Assembly (NCBI GenBank): GCA_027365175.1
Contig: DAHXNY010000001.1
Location: forward strand, 117,483 to 181,482
Reading direction: 5' to 3'
Origin: Candidatus Micrarchaeota archaeon
Lineage (GTDB): Archaea; Micrarchaeota; Micrarchaeia; Micrarchaeales; CABMGC01
Length of the DNA: 64,000 bases
Within the stretch, counting starts at the first letter, position 1, and every line of letters begins with the position of its first letter. This document shows, in pieces, positions 47,853-56,135 of this stretch. The position numbers were made by a program, and so were the translations under genes. The notes below the pieces were generated by a model. It was given only the letters and a program-made list of their open reading frames with translations. It was not told where the DNA came from and did not search any database.

Positions 47853-48332
47853 ATGAGATGCCCTTATTGCGGAAATGACAGTACAGAGGTCATTGACTCC
47901 AGAGAGGTGCCTAACGAATCAAGCACACGGCGCAGGAGGCAGTGCAATGACTGCAAGCACAGGTTTACTACATATGAAAAACCTGATTTTGCAGGTGTAA
48001 CTGTGATAAAGAGGGACAATACCAGAGAGTCATTCAACAGGGACAAGGTCCTGAGCGGCATACTTAAGGCATGCGAGAAGCGCAAGATCAGCAGAGAGGC
48101 AATGGACCGCGTAGTCGATAAGATAGAAGCCAAGATCAACGGGAATGATATAAAGGAGATAAAGTCCAGTGCCATAGGGGACATGGTCGTCAAGGAGCTC
48201 TTCAAGCTGGACTCCGTCGCTTACATAAGATTCGCAAGCGTATACAAGAACTTCGATTCCCCGGAAGAGTTCAAGGAAGTGGTCAAACTATTCGAGAAAG
48301 GCAAAAGAAAGGAGAAAAAGGAAAAGAAATAA
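47853..48332 (+). CDS. nrdR: transcriptional repressor NrdR (zinc ribbon plus ATP-cone)
   Basis: 159 aa. MRCPYCG...VIDSR...RRRRQCNDCKHRFTTYE zinc ribbon, then ATP-cone (VIKRDNTRESFNRDKVLSGILKA...). Convergent with the class II RNR gene. Confidence 0.85.
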   Translation: MRCPYCGNDSTEVIDSREVPNESSTRRRRQCNDCKHRFTTYEKPDFAGVTVIKRDNTRESFNRDKVLSGILKACEKRKISREAMDRVVDKIEAKINGNDIKEIKSSAIGDMVVKELFKLDSVAYIRFASVYKNFDSPEEFKEVVKLFEKGKRKEKKEKK

Positions 48333-48342
48333 GTGCGACCGA

Positions 48343-50721
48343 TCACTCGCACTTGGTGAATCCGCATGCCTTGCAGATTATGCATCCATTCTCATTTACC
48401 AGGGTCATTTCAGAGCAGGTAGGGCACTTGTCCGGCTTTATGCCATGCACGTTCTTTATTACATCCTGCCTGCCGTCTATGACGCTTGACGGCTGGTTTT
48501 CAAGGAGCTTCTTGGCAACTGCGGGAGCTGTTATCCCTGCAAGAACCTCTATGCTCTTCGCTATCGCATCGGGCACGCTGTATATCTTCATTCCGTGGTC
48601 CCATCCTATAGAGGAGTTTGCCCGTATGCCCTTAAGGCTCTCTATTACCTCGCGGACATCTCCGCCCTGTTGCAGGTATTTGCTTATCAGCCTTCCTATG
48701 GCCTCAGCATAACTCTTCTCCTCACTGCCTGTCTTCCCGAGGTTGATGAAGACCTCGCGTATAGACGTGCTATCAAAGTTCGCAGTGAGGTACATCGGGC
48801 TTCCGTTCGGCAAGGTGACCTTCATGGTCTGTCCGCTAAGCACCACCTCCCTCTTCCACATCAGCTCCTCAGCCTGCCTCTCCTCTTTCTTCTGCTGCTC
48901 CTGCTCCTTCTTCTTCTGCTGCTCCTCTGTTATCAATATGCCCTCTCTAGAGCCCTCCCTGTAAACGGTTATTCCCTTGCATCCTGATTCCCAGGCCTGC
49001 ATATACACCTTGCCAACATCTTCTACCGAAGCATCGTTAGGCAGGTTCACAGTCGAAGATATCGCACTGTCTATATGCTTCTGTATGGTCGCCTGCATCT
49101 TGACCCTGAACTCGGCGTCTATCTTGTGCGCAGGGACGAAGAAGTCAGGAAGGTTATCCTCGTCAGCTATATTGAAGAGACGCATGTACTCCATGGCCAA
49201 CGGATGGTACACCTTGTAGAACTCCTGGCTCAGCGATTCTGACCTTCTGGTATAGCTGAAAGCAAATAGAGGCTCTATGCCGCTGGATGTGCCTGCAAGA
49301 ACGGAGATGCTTCCTGTAGGGGGCACAGTCAGTATGGCTACGTTCCTCACTCCATGCTTCTCTATCCCCTTCTTTATCTCGTCGTTAAGTGTCTGTATGA
49401 AAGGCATCGAAAGGTGCTTCTGTGCGTCAAACAGAGGGAATGCTCCCTTCTCCTTTGCAATCTCTATGCTCTCCATATACGCGCCATTCTCTATCCTTGT
49501 GAAGAGCTCATCTACAAAAGCAAGTGCACGCTCGCTGTCATACCTTATCTTAAGCTTCACAAGCATGTCTCCCAGGCCGGTTATCCCCAAGCCTATCCTC
49601 CTGCTGTTCCTGGCAGCCTCAGACTGCTGCTTGAGCGGATGCCTTGAGTCGTTGTAATCGAGAACATCGTCGAGGAACCTGACCCCATACCTTACTGCCT
49701 TGTCAAGCTGTCCCCATTCTATCTTTGCATTGTCTGTGAATGCCCCTGTGACAAAAGCCGAGAGATTGATGCTCCCCAGGTCGCATGCGCCATAAGGCTG
49801 CAGCGGCTGTTCAGAGCATGGGTTTGTCCCTATCACCTCCATTCCATTATACTCGCTAGGCGAGTACTTCTTAACAGTATCCCAGAATATAAGCCCTGGC
49901 TCTGCCCAATCCCTCGCTGAGTTTACAAGCTCATTCCAAAGTTCCCTCGCCTTTACGGTGCTGGTAACCTTGCCCACAACTCCGTTCTCATACCTTAGCG
50001 TAAAGTCCTTGTCCTCCTTTACCGCCTGCATGAACTCGTCCGTTATCTTCACGCTTATGTTGGCATACCTCACGCTGGACAGGTTCCTCTTTATCTTTAT
50101 GAATGACAGAATGTCCGGATGGTCCACTCTTATCGTTATCATAAGCGCTCCTCTCCTTCCGTGCTGCCCTATCGTGTGCGTCGTCTCGCTGAATATGTTC
50201 ATGAAAGATACCGAGCCTGTAGAAAATACTGCTGAATTGTTTACCGGGGTGTTCCTTGGCCTGAGCACGCTTATGTCAGTGCCTACTCCTCCGCCATAGC
50301 TGTACGTCCTTGCGGCTTCCTTGCACCAGTCAAAGATATCCTCTATCGTATCATTCTTTACAGGTATTACGTAGCAATTTAACAATGTGGACTTCCTCTG
50401 CTGTCCTGCAGCAAAGAGTATCCTTCCTCCGGGCAGGAACCTGAAATCTCCGAGCAGCCAGTTGAACTTCTCATACCACTCCTCTCTCTTTTCAGGGCTC
50501 GCCTCTACCTCAGCTATAACCCTGGAAACTCTTGACCACATCTGATCCGGAGTCTTCTCCAGCATTGTCCCATCAAGGTCCTTCAAAGCATACTTCTCAT
50601 AGAATACACGTGAACGTATCTCATCTCCATTGAAGAATTCATATGTTTCCTTAGGGATGGCAGTAACTGCCCTCTCCACACTCTTCTTCTCAACAAAATC
50701 AGTTTTCCCATCTTTTTCCAC
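48343..50721 (-). CDS. nrdJ: ribonucleoside reductase, class II (adenosylcobalamin-dependent, NrdJ) with a C-terminal Cys-rich zinc finger
   Basis: NCYV, TNPCSEQPL (active-site Cys/Glu) and GGGVG motifs. C-terminal CPTCS...CIICKACGFTKCE. ORF-track start is GTG 50769; I prefer in-frame GTG 50721 because the first 16 codons (MVLNFQGTTCCIWGEC) overlap operator-like palindromes. The start is uncertain. Confidence 0.85.
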   Translation of the reverse strand: MEKDGKTDFVEKKSVERAVTAIPKETYEFFNGDEIRSRVFYEKYALKDLDGTMLEKTPDQMWSRVSRVIAEVEASPEKREEWYEKFNWLLGDFRFLPGGRILFAAGQQRKSTLLNCYVIPVKNDTIEDIFDWCKEAARTYSYGGGVGTDISVLRPRNTPVNNSAVFSTGSVSFMNIFSETTHTIGQHGRRGALMITIRVDHPDILSFIKIKRNLSSVRYANISVKITDEFMQAVKEDKDFTLRYENGVVGKVTSTVKARELWNELVNSARDWAEPGLIFWDTVKKYSPSEYNGMEVIGTNPCSEQPLQPYGACDLGSINLSAFVTGAFTDNAKIEWGQLDKAVRYGVRFLDDVLDYNDSRHPLKQQSEAARNSRRIGLGITGLGDMLVKLKIRYDSERALAFVDELFTRIENGAYMESIEIAKEKGAFPLFDAQKHLSMPFIQTLNDEIKKGIEKHGVRNVAILTVPPTGSISVLAGTSSGIEPLFAFSYTRRSESLSQEFYKVYHPLAMEYMRLFNIADEDNLPDFFVPAHKIDAEFRVKMQATIQKHIDSAISSTVNLPNDASVEDVGKVYMQAWESGCKGITVYREGSREGILITEEQQKKKEQEQQKKEERQAEELMWKREVVLSGQTMKVTLPNGSPMYLTANFDSTSIREVFINLGKTGSEEKSYAEAIGRLISKYLQQGGDVREVIESLKGIRANSSIGWDHGMKIYSVPDAIAKSIEVLAGITAPAVAKKLLENQPSSVIDGRQDVIKNVHGIKPDKCPTCSEMTLVNENGCIICKACGFTKCE

Positions 50722-50734
50722 GCATTCGCCCCAA

Positions 50735-50750
50735 ATACAACATGTTGTGC
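50735..50750. promoter_or_regulatory. NrdR-box-like palindrome 2 (ATACAACATGTTGTGC)
   Basis: Contains the perfect 12-bp palindrome ACAACATGTTGT. About 12/16 match to the bacterial NrdR-box consensus acaCwAtATaTwGtgt (recalled from the literature). Its centre is 31 bp from box 1. Confidence 0.5.
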
Positions 50751-50765
50751 CCTGAAAATTCAAGA

Positions 50766-50781
50766 CCACTACCTATTGTGG
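50766..50781. promoter_or_regulatory. NrdR-box-like palindrome 1 (CCACTACCTATTGTGG)
   Basis: CCAC...GTGG arms, about 12/16 match to the NrdR-box consensus. Lies between a TTTAAATA TATA-like element (50791-50798, minus strand) and the nrdJ 5-prime end. Confidence 0.45.
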
Positions 50782-50920
50782 CACGGAACCTATTTAAATC
50801 AAAATCAGAAAGCTCTTTTATCAGTAAAACCATTTGCTTACAATCAGCTTTAAATAGTTATTCTGAACCCCATGAAAGCTTCCTCGGCATAACTCCCAAA
50901 AAGAGAGCCGAAATGCAAAG

Positions 50921-50993
50921 GGCCTAAGCCGGGAATCGAACCCGGTCCTGAGGATCCACAGTCCTCTATGCTAACCATTACACTACCAAGGCC
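50921..50993 (-). tRNA. tRNA-His (anticodon GTG) with genome-encoded G-1
   Basis: Hand fold of the minus strand: G(-1) GCCTTGG TA GTGT AATGGTTA GCAT A GAGGA CTGTGGA TCCTC AGGA CCGGG TTCGATT CCCGG CTTAGGC C. The extra 5-prime G opposite C73 is the His identity element. One U-U mismatch in the acceptor stem. Confidence 0.8.
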
Positions 50994-51086
50994 ATGACGC
51001 AAGAATATAACAGCATTTATTATATATAATCCTGTTGATTTAAAGGTGCAAAGCTAAATAACTTTGGCATGCAAATAAACTCCGAA

Positions 51087-51206
51087 GGCGGGGTAGCTCA
51101 GCCTGGTTAGAGCGCTAGACTCATATGCATAGCATGATGAGTAATGAGCCTTTCGGCTATGATCTTAGAAATCTAGAGATCGGGTGTTCAAATCTCCCCC
51201 CCGCCA
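51087..51206 (+). tRNA. tRNA with CAT anticodon (elongator Met, or Ile2 if modified) with a 45-nt intron at the canonical 37/38 site
   Basis: GGCGGGG TA GCTC AGCCTGGTTA GAGC G CTAGA CTCATA[intron 51126..51170]A TCTAG AGATC GGGTG TTCAAAT CTCCC CCCCGCC A. G1-C72 argues against an initiator. One U-U mismatch in the T stem. Confidence 0.8.
51143..51164 (+). repeat. kink-turn-like hairpin module inside the tRNA(CAT) intron: AATGAGCCTTTCGGCTATGATC
   Basis: Near-identical to 58340..58362 (minus strand) in the tRNA-Trp intron. A GCC/GGC stem with a TTTC loop is flanked by TGA (5-prime side) and NAT-GAT (3-prime side). A perfect ATGATGA C-box-like heptamer lies at 51134-51140. Confidence 0.6.
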
Positions 51207-51209
51207 AAC

Positions 51210-51962
51210 TCATGCCTCACGCCATCTCAGATTCTTTATTGCGAAGAACAGCGTAACTACAGTCAATACGATCAGCACCAGCCAGTCAATCGCCAGGTTC
51301 ATGGAACTTATGCTAAGGTAGCCAGTCGCGCTCTGTATTATCTCTGCACCATATGTTATAGGTGAAAGATACGCAAGATACCTGTACGGCATCGGTATCA
51401 GGGTTATCGGGTAGTATATCGGCGAAATCGTGGTAAAGAGCAAGCCAAGTATGCTTGTAAACTGGTAGCTCTGAGATATGTCTGATGTTCTCGTAGCCAG
51501 GAAGAAGCCTATGGATATAGAGAGGACCATGAGCAGAGCCACCACGGCAAAAACCGTCAATGCAGATACTACTGTGGTATGCACGAAAACGCTCCACAAT
51601 ATAAGTATGAATATTATGGACGGAATGGCCGTTGCCAGGCTTGAAAACGACATCCCTAATATATACGATAAAGCAGACGTAGGCGAAGCCACTACCATGT
51701 CCTGTATCTTAAAGTCGTTCTTCAAGTGCGATATGTCTGTCATCTCCAATATCCCGTTAAGCACAAAAGTCGTTATCAATGCGCCTTCAACGGCTACTCC
51801 TACGAGTGCGCCTTTGCTCACAAATGATATTATCACCACTATCGCAATAGGGGAGAGGAAGGATGCCACTATTGATATCGGATAATTCTTCATCCAGTAT
51901 ACCGCTGTAAGAAGTACGGATGCCCAAACCTGGCTAAGCTTATTCCTCCTCATAATCGTCAC
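51210..51962 (-). CDS. ABC-2 type transporter permease
   Basis: 250 aa, 6 TM pattern. Overlaps the upstream ATPase gene by 23 nt. Confidence 0.7.
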   Translation of the reverse strand: MTIMRRNKLSQVWASVLLTAVYWMKNYPISIVASFLSPIAIVVIISFVSKGALVGVAVEGALITTFVLNGILEMTDISHLKNDFKIQDMVVASPTSALSYILGMSFSSLATAIPSIIFILILWSVFVHTTVVSALTVFAVVALLMVLSISIGFFLATRTSDISQSYQFTSILGLLFTTISPIYYPITLIPMPYRYLAYLSPITYGAEIIQSATGYLSISSMNLAIDWLVLIVLTVVTLFFAIKNLRWREA

Positions 51963-52860
51963 CGTCTCCTGCCTCTATGTCCTCCTTTACGAAAGAGTAG
52001 AAGATCTCATTCAGGGATATCGGACTCATAGAGAATTCAGCATGCCTCCTTATCATCTCCGAAGCTATCCTCTCCGCCCCTTCTTCAGATGTCATTATCC
52101 TCGCGCTGTTGGATGTGCGTATAATTTTTCCCTTGAAATCAGGAACTTTTACGTCTTTGCCAAGAGTTACCATATACCTGTAGCGTATCCTCTTCCTTAT
52201 CTGGTCCATGCTGCCGGACACCAGCAGCTTGCCCTTGTCAAGTATGCCTATCCCATCGGCAAGCGACTCAGCTTCTTCAAGATAGTGCGTAGTCAGCAGG
52301 AAGAAACGGTCCTTCTTGAGTTTTCCCAGAGTGTCCCAAAAAGACGTTCTTGATATAAGGTCCAGGCCCGTAGTCGGTTCGTCCATGAAGACTATCTCGG
52401 CTTCAGAGGCAAGTACGCATCCCACAAGCACCTTCCTCCGTGTACCGCCTGAAAGCTTTGAAATATGCTTGTCCTTCTCCTTGTAAATGCCAATGTCTTT
52501 TATCACGCTAACGGATCGTGCCTTGGCCTCTCTAATACCATATCCTCTCCACATCAAATATGTCATTATCATTTGCGCAGGAGTGACCCATGGGACAGGC
52601 CTCCCGTCCTGCGGTATCACCGCTATGATCTCCCTAAGCTCCTTTGCATCATCAACCACGTCAAGTCCATTGATGCTCGCGTGTCCTGAGCTAGGCATAA
52701 GCTGCGTTCCAAGTATTCTTGTAAGCGTGGTCTTGCCTGCTCCATTCCTTCCTATAAGGCTGAATATCCCTTTTGTAGGTATGCTGACATTCACATTATC
52801 CAGTGACTTCGAAGCAGAGCCTGGATATCTCTTTGTAAGTTTCACACACTCTATCGGCAA
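51940..52860 (-). CDS. ABC transporter ATP-binding protein (ABC-2/DrrA-like exporter type)
   Basis: 306 aa. Walker A GRNGAGKTTLTR, signature LSGGTRRKV, Walker B VFMDEPTTGLD. Acidic C-terminal tail. Confidence 0.85.
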   Translation of the reverse strand: MPIECVKLTKRYPGSASKSLDNVNVSIPTKGIFSLIGRNGAGKTTLTRILGTQLMPSSGHASINGLDVVDDAKELREIIAVIPQDGRPVPWVTPAQMIMTYLMWRGYGIREAKARSVSVIKDIGIYKEKDKHISKLSGGTRRKVLVGCVLASEAEIVFMDEPTTGLDLISRTSFWDTLGKLKKDRFFLLTTHYLEEAESLADGIGILDKGKLLVSGSMDQIRKRIRYRYMVTLGKDVKVPDFKGKIIRTSNSARIMTSEEGAERIASEMIRRHAEFSMSPISLNEIFYSFVKEDIEAGDGDDYEEE

Positions 52861-52925
52861 GTAAAAACACCAATCGATTTAATGCATTTATATAAGTTTC
52901 ACCATTTAAATAATCAAATGGTGCG

Positions 52926-53639
52926 ATGAAGGTATCCATACTCGTATTGGTATTAATTTTCATATCATCCTCAGTGCTTGCCCAGTCGAATGTCTCCCAA
53001 ACGCTTACAAACATGTCCAATGCGCATATAAGCGAAATAGCCGCAGGAGGTATAAATGCGACTCTGGGAAGCTACGTACAGTCCCCATTCATATTCGTAA
53101 ACATGAATTATACGAACTTCAGCAATACCTATTATGGCAGGTCAGGAGTAATAGCGGCATTGGAAAACCTGACATCGTATGGGACCCCTTACACCTTTTA
53201 CATAAGAAACTCCAGTGTAATCGGGATAAACTCGACAGATTACAGTGTCAACAGGGACGTATGGTTCGTATCAAACAACCAGACCACAGCATTATTCATA
53301 CCCTACTCTGCCACATATGTATACTCTAACGGCTCATGGCTGATATATGCGGAATGGTTCGGCACCAATTCAGATGCCGGGATTGCTACTCCGGCAACGC
53401 AGCTCCCAGCAAACCTCACCACCACAACAGTTCAGACTACAGTATCGTCTATAAACACGACTACTATCGCCACTCCGACCACCCTTCTCTACACAATACC
53501 TGGCCAGAATGGAACGCAGAACTCCACAGCAACAGGAACCGGCTCTGGCCAGTCACCAAGCCTTCTTATAATTATAGGCGCAATACTGGCAATAGGCATC
53601 GTGATTCTCTACATACTTACAGTCCGTAAAAAGTCCTAA
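52926..53639 (+). CDS. secreted, C-terminally anchored putative surface glycoprotein
   Basis: 237 aa. Signal peptide MKVSILVLVLIFISSSVLAQS, about 14 NxS/T sequons, T-rich linker, C-terminal TM LLIIIGAILAIGIVILYIL followed by basic RKKS. Confidence 0.5.
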   Translation: MKVSILVLVLIFISSSVLAQSNVSQTLTNMSNAHISEIAAGGINATLGSYVQSPFIFVNMNYTNFSNTYYGRSGVIAALENLTSYGTPYTFYIRNSSVIGINSTDYSVNRDVWFVSNNQTTALFIPYSATYVYSNGSWLIYAEWFGTNSDAGIATPATQLPANLTTTTVQTTVSSINTTTIATPTTLLYTIPGQNGTQNSTATGTGSGQSPSLLIIIGAILAIGIVILYILTVRKKS

Positions 53640-53682
53640 GGATCAACCATTATACTATACGAGCCTCTTTTGATGTGAAGAT

Positions 53683-54294
53683 ATGTTTCAAACATTGATA
53701 CTGCTCCAGACGATATTCAGCACCGCATATTTCAACAGCCTGCTATCTACCTATGGTTATCTCGGATTATTCGGGATGATGGCCCTTGAAGGCGCATCCC
53801 TGCCGATACCAAGCGAAGTTATAGTTCCGATAGCAGGATATCTTGCTGCAAAAGGCGTCTTTAACTTTTACATAGCTGCATTGGCAATACTTGCAGGAAA
53901 CATGGTGGGCGTAGTTATAGACTATGTAATAGGATATTTCATAGGCAAGGACGTGGTATACAAGCACCTCTCCCTTTTCCACATAAACAAGGAGAAGATA
54001 GACGCTTTTGACATATGGTTCAACAGTAACGGAGGATTCGCAGTATTTGTGTCAAGAATGATACCTGTTCTAAGAGGACTTATCAGCTTCCCTGCAGGCT
54101 TTGCAAGGATGCCTTTCAAGAAGTTCTTCATCTACTCTCTGGTAGGGAGTGCGATATGGGACATACTGCTAATGCTTTTTGGATACTATCTGCTATCTTC
54201 AAACAATCTCTATATCGCAATGTCTGCAGTGGCGTTCCTGGCACTCATCCTATACGCAATATACAGGGTAGCTGTTAAGAAGACAAGGAAGTAA
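53683..54294 (+). CDS. DedA-family (SNARE-associated/VTT domain) membrane protein
   Basis: 203 aa. GYLGLFGMMALEGASLPIPSEVIVPIAG and the FVSRMIPVLRGLISFPAG motifs. Confidence 0.8.
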   Translation: MFQTLILLQTIFSTAYFNSLLSTYGYLGLFGMMALEGASLPIPSEVIVPIAGYLAAKGVFNFYIAALAILAGNMVGVVIDYVIGYFIGKDVVYKHLSLFHINKEKIDAFDIWFNSNGGFAVFVSRMIPVLRGLISFPAGFARMPFKKFFIYSLVGSAIWDILLMLFGYYLLSSNNLYIAMSAVAFLALILYAIYRVAVKKTRK

Positions 54295-54298
54295 CTAC

Positions 54299-54547
54299 TC
54301 ACTTGGAATTTAGCCTGGAGAGATACAGCGTGACTATAACTGCCATTATGGTCACTGCTACAGCATAACCAAGCATGGCGGCTACCGAACTGGCCTTGCC
54401 GAATACCAGCACAAAAATACCCTGTATTGCGGTATTCCATGCAAGTGCGGCTACAAGCCCGAATGCAGATATTATCAGCGTAGTTATCTGCGCGCGTGTG
54501 GCCTTATGAAGATTTGCAGCTTCTTCCTTAGTCTCTGCCTTTGCCAT
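54299..54547 (-). CDS. small 2-TM membrane protein (DUF5654-like?)
   Basis: MAKAETKEEAANL...LIISAFGLVAALAWNTAIQGIF...; ATG 54547 within ORF 54299..54559. The family assignment is from memory only. Confidence 0.4.
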   Translation of the reverse strand: MAKAETKEEAANLHKATRAQITTLIISAFGLVAALAWNTAIQGIFVLVFGKASSVAAMLGYAVAVTIMAVIVTLYLSRLNSK

Positions 54548-54676
54548 ATTGAGCACCACTTCTAGATTTGAAAGATTCAGAATATAAACCTGCCTTACCT
54601 CTTTTGACGAATAAGCAGCTAAATTCTTAATACCCTAAGTCAATCTATAATAGCACCGAACGTGTGTAGTGTATAT

Positions 54677-55747
54677 ATGGATAATTTCGAAGAGTATCTA
54701 AAGGAAAATTCACAAAAGGTCAACCAGGAGCTTGAGACCTATCTTAAGAAAAAGTCCTCAAACAGGTATATAGAAAGCCTGCTTGGAAGGAGCAACTATG
54801 AGTATGATCCCGAAGCTATGACAAAGAGCATCCTGGAACCTGCATGGTACCTTCTTGATCTTGGAGGCAAGAGATGGCGGCCTGCATTGACAATGCTTAC
54901 CCTTGAGGCTCTGGGTAAGAATCCTGACGAATACATAGAATTCTCAATAATACCAGAGGTGATACACAACGCAACCCTGATTCACGATGACATAGAGGAC
55001 AATTCTCCAAAAAGGAGAAATGCCGATTCTATACATGTGAAATTCGGCATAGACGTAGCGACAAACCTTGGCGACTTCATGTACTTTTTCCCAATGCTTG
55101 CATTAATAGACAGCCCAAAACTTACCCAAGACCAAAAGAATAGGGCAGCTTCCATATACATAAAGAACATGACAAGAGTATCACTAGGCCAGGCTACAGA
55201 TATAGCTTGGCACGGAGGCCTTGTAGACCCAAAGACGATAACCGAGGAAAAGTACCTGCAGATGGCTCATGACAAGACAGGTGTGCTCTCAAGATTCGCA
55301 TGTGAGCTTGGTTCTGCCATTGCAGGAGCAGATGGCAAGACAGTAGAGATAATGGGGAGATTCGGTGCAACTATAGGCATAGCGTTCCAGATACAGGACG
55401 ACATACTCAACCTGACGGAAAGCAAGCTCTCGGAAGGCAAGGGAGGAGTGGGAGATGACATTTCGGAAGGCAAGATAACCCTAATGGTGCTGCATGTGAT
55501 GAAGGAAGGCGGCGAAGCGGACAAAAACAGGCTTTCCGAGATATTGAAGATGCACACGAAGGACAAAACACTGATAAAAGAAGCCATAGGGATAATAGAC
55601 AAATACGACTCAAAGGGGTACTCGACCAAAATAGCAGAGCGTATAATAAAAGAAGCATGGGACGCTGTAGACAAGACGCTTCCGAATTCTGCTGCAAAGG
55701 ACAGGATGAAGCAGCTGGTTGACTTCCTTGTACACAGAAATGTCTAA
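54677..55747 (+). CDS. idsA: polyprenyl (geranylgeranyl) diphosphate synthase
   Basis: FARM LIHDDIED and SARM FQIQDDILN. ATG 54677 (MDNFEEY) within ORF 54662..55747. Confidence 0.85.
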   Translation: MDNFEEYLKENSQKVNQELETYLKKKSSNRYIESLLGRSNYEYDPEAMTKSILEPAWYLLDLGGKRWRPALTMLTLEALGKNPDEYIEFSIIPEVIHNATLIHDDIEDNSPKRRNADSIHVKFGIDVATNLGDFMYFFPMLALIDSPKLTQDQKNRAASIYIKNMTRVSLGQATDIAWHGGLVDPKTITEEKYLQMAHDKTGVLSRFACELGSAIAGADGKTVEIMGRFGATIGIAFQIQDDILNLTESKLSEGKGGVGDDISEGKITLMVLHVMKEGGEADKNRLSEILKMHTKDKTLIKEAIGIIDKYDSKGYSTKIAERIIKEAWDAVDKTLPNSAAKDRMKQLVDFLVHRNV

Positions 55748-55787
55748 AGATAAAGAAGGATGATAACTGCAAAGGAAAAAGAATAAC

Positions 55788-55845
55788 GGAGAGAAAACAC
55801 TCTCCCCGTATATGCTGCAAAGATGCACGGTTATGCTGTGCATCT
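55788..55845. terminator. two hairpins between convergent genes (GGAGAG-N6-CTCTCC; AGATGCAC-N9-GTGCATCT)
   Basis: Read directly at 55788-55805 and 55821-55845, between the idsA stop (55747) and the stop of the minus-strand 90-aa gene (55863). A termination function is inferred only. Confidence 0.3.
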
Positions 55846-55862
55846 AATTCTCAAAACTCAAA

Positions 55863-56135
55863 TCAGTGCACTGTGCCGCAACTGCCATCGCAGAACCAGT
55901 CACACAGGAATCTGCATCTTACTCCCATCATACCGAATCCGGCAGCAAGCAAGCCCAATCCTATCACAAAGAATATCAGGGCTGCTATGAGCGCAGGGTC
56001 TACAAAGTATGCTACGAATACCAGCACTATTCCTGCAACCAGGTATAGCCAGCCTACAGGTCCGGTCATCTTTCTGCGGGCACTTCTGGAAGACTCTCCA
56101 GCCTCGCCCCTTCTAACGCTTCTTCTTCTAGCCAC
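55863..56135 (-). CDS. hypothetical 2-TM protein with an Arg-rich N-terminus and a Cys-rich C-terminal tail
   Basis: 90 aa. MARRRSVRRGE...; two hydrophobic helices; C-terminus CRFLCDWFCDGSCGTVH. Confidence 0.4.
   Translation of the reverse strand: MARRRSVRRGEAGESSRSARRKMTGPVGWLYLVAGIVLVFVAYFVDPALIAALIFFVIGLGLLAAGFGMMGVRCRFLCDWFCDGSCGTVH

Noticed and set aside
50722-50769. N-terminal 16 codons of the RNR ORF (MVLNFQGTTCCIWGEC) as genuine coding sequence
   Set aside because: The composition is unlike RNR N-termini, and the DNA is occupied by the two palindromes. It remains possible if the mRNA is leaderless from GTG 50769, given that the TATA-like element is about 26 nt upstream. I therefore flag the start as uncertain rather than resolved.
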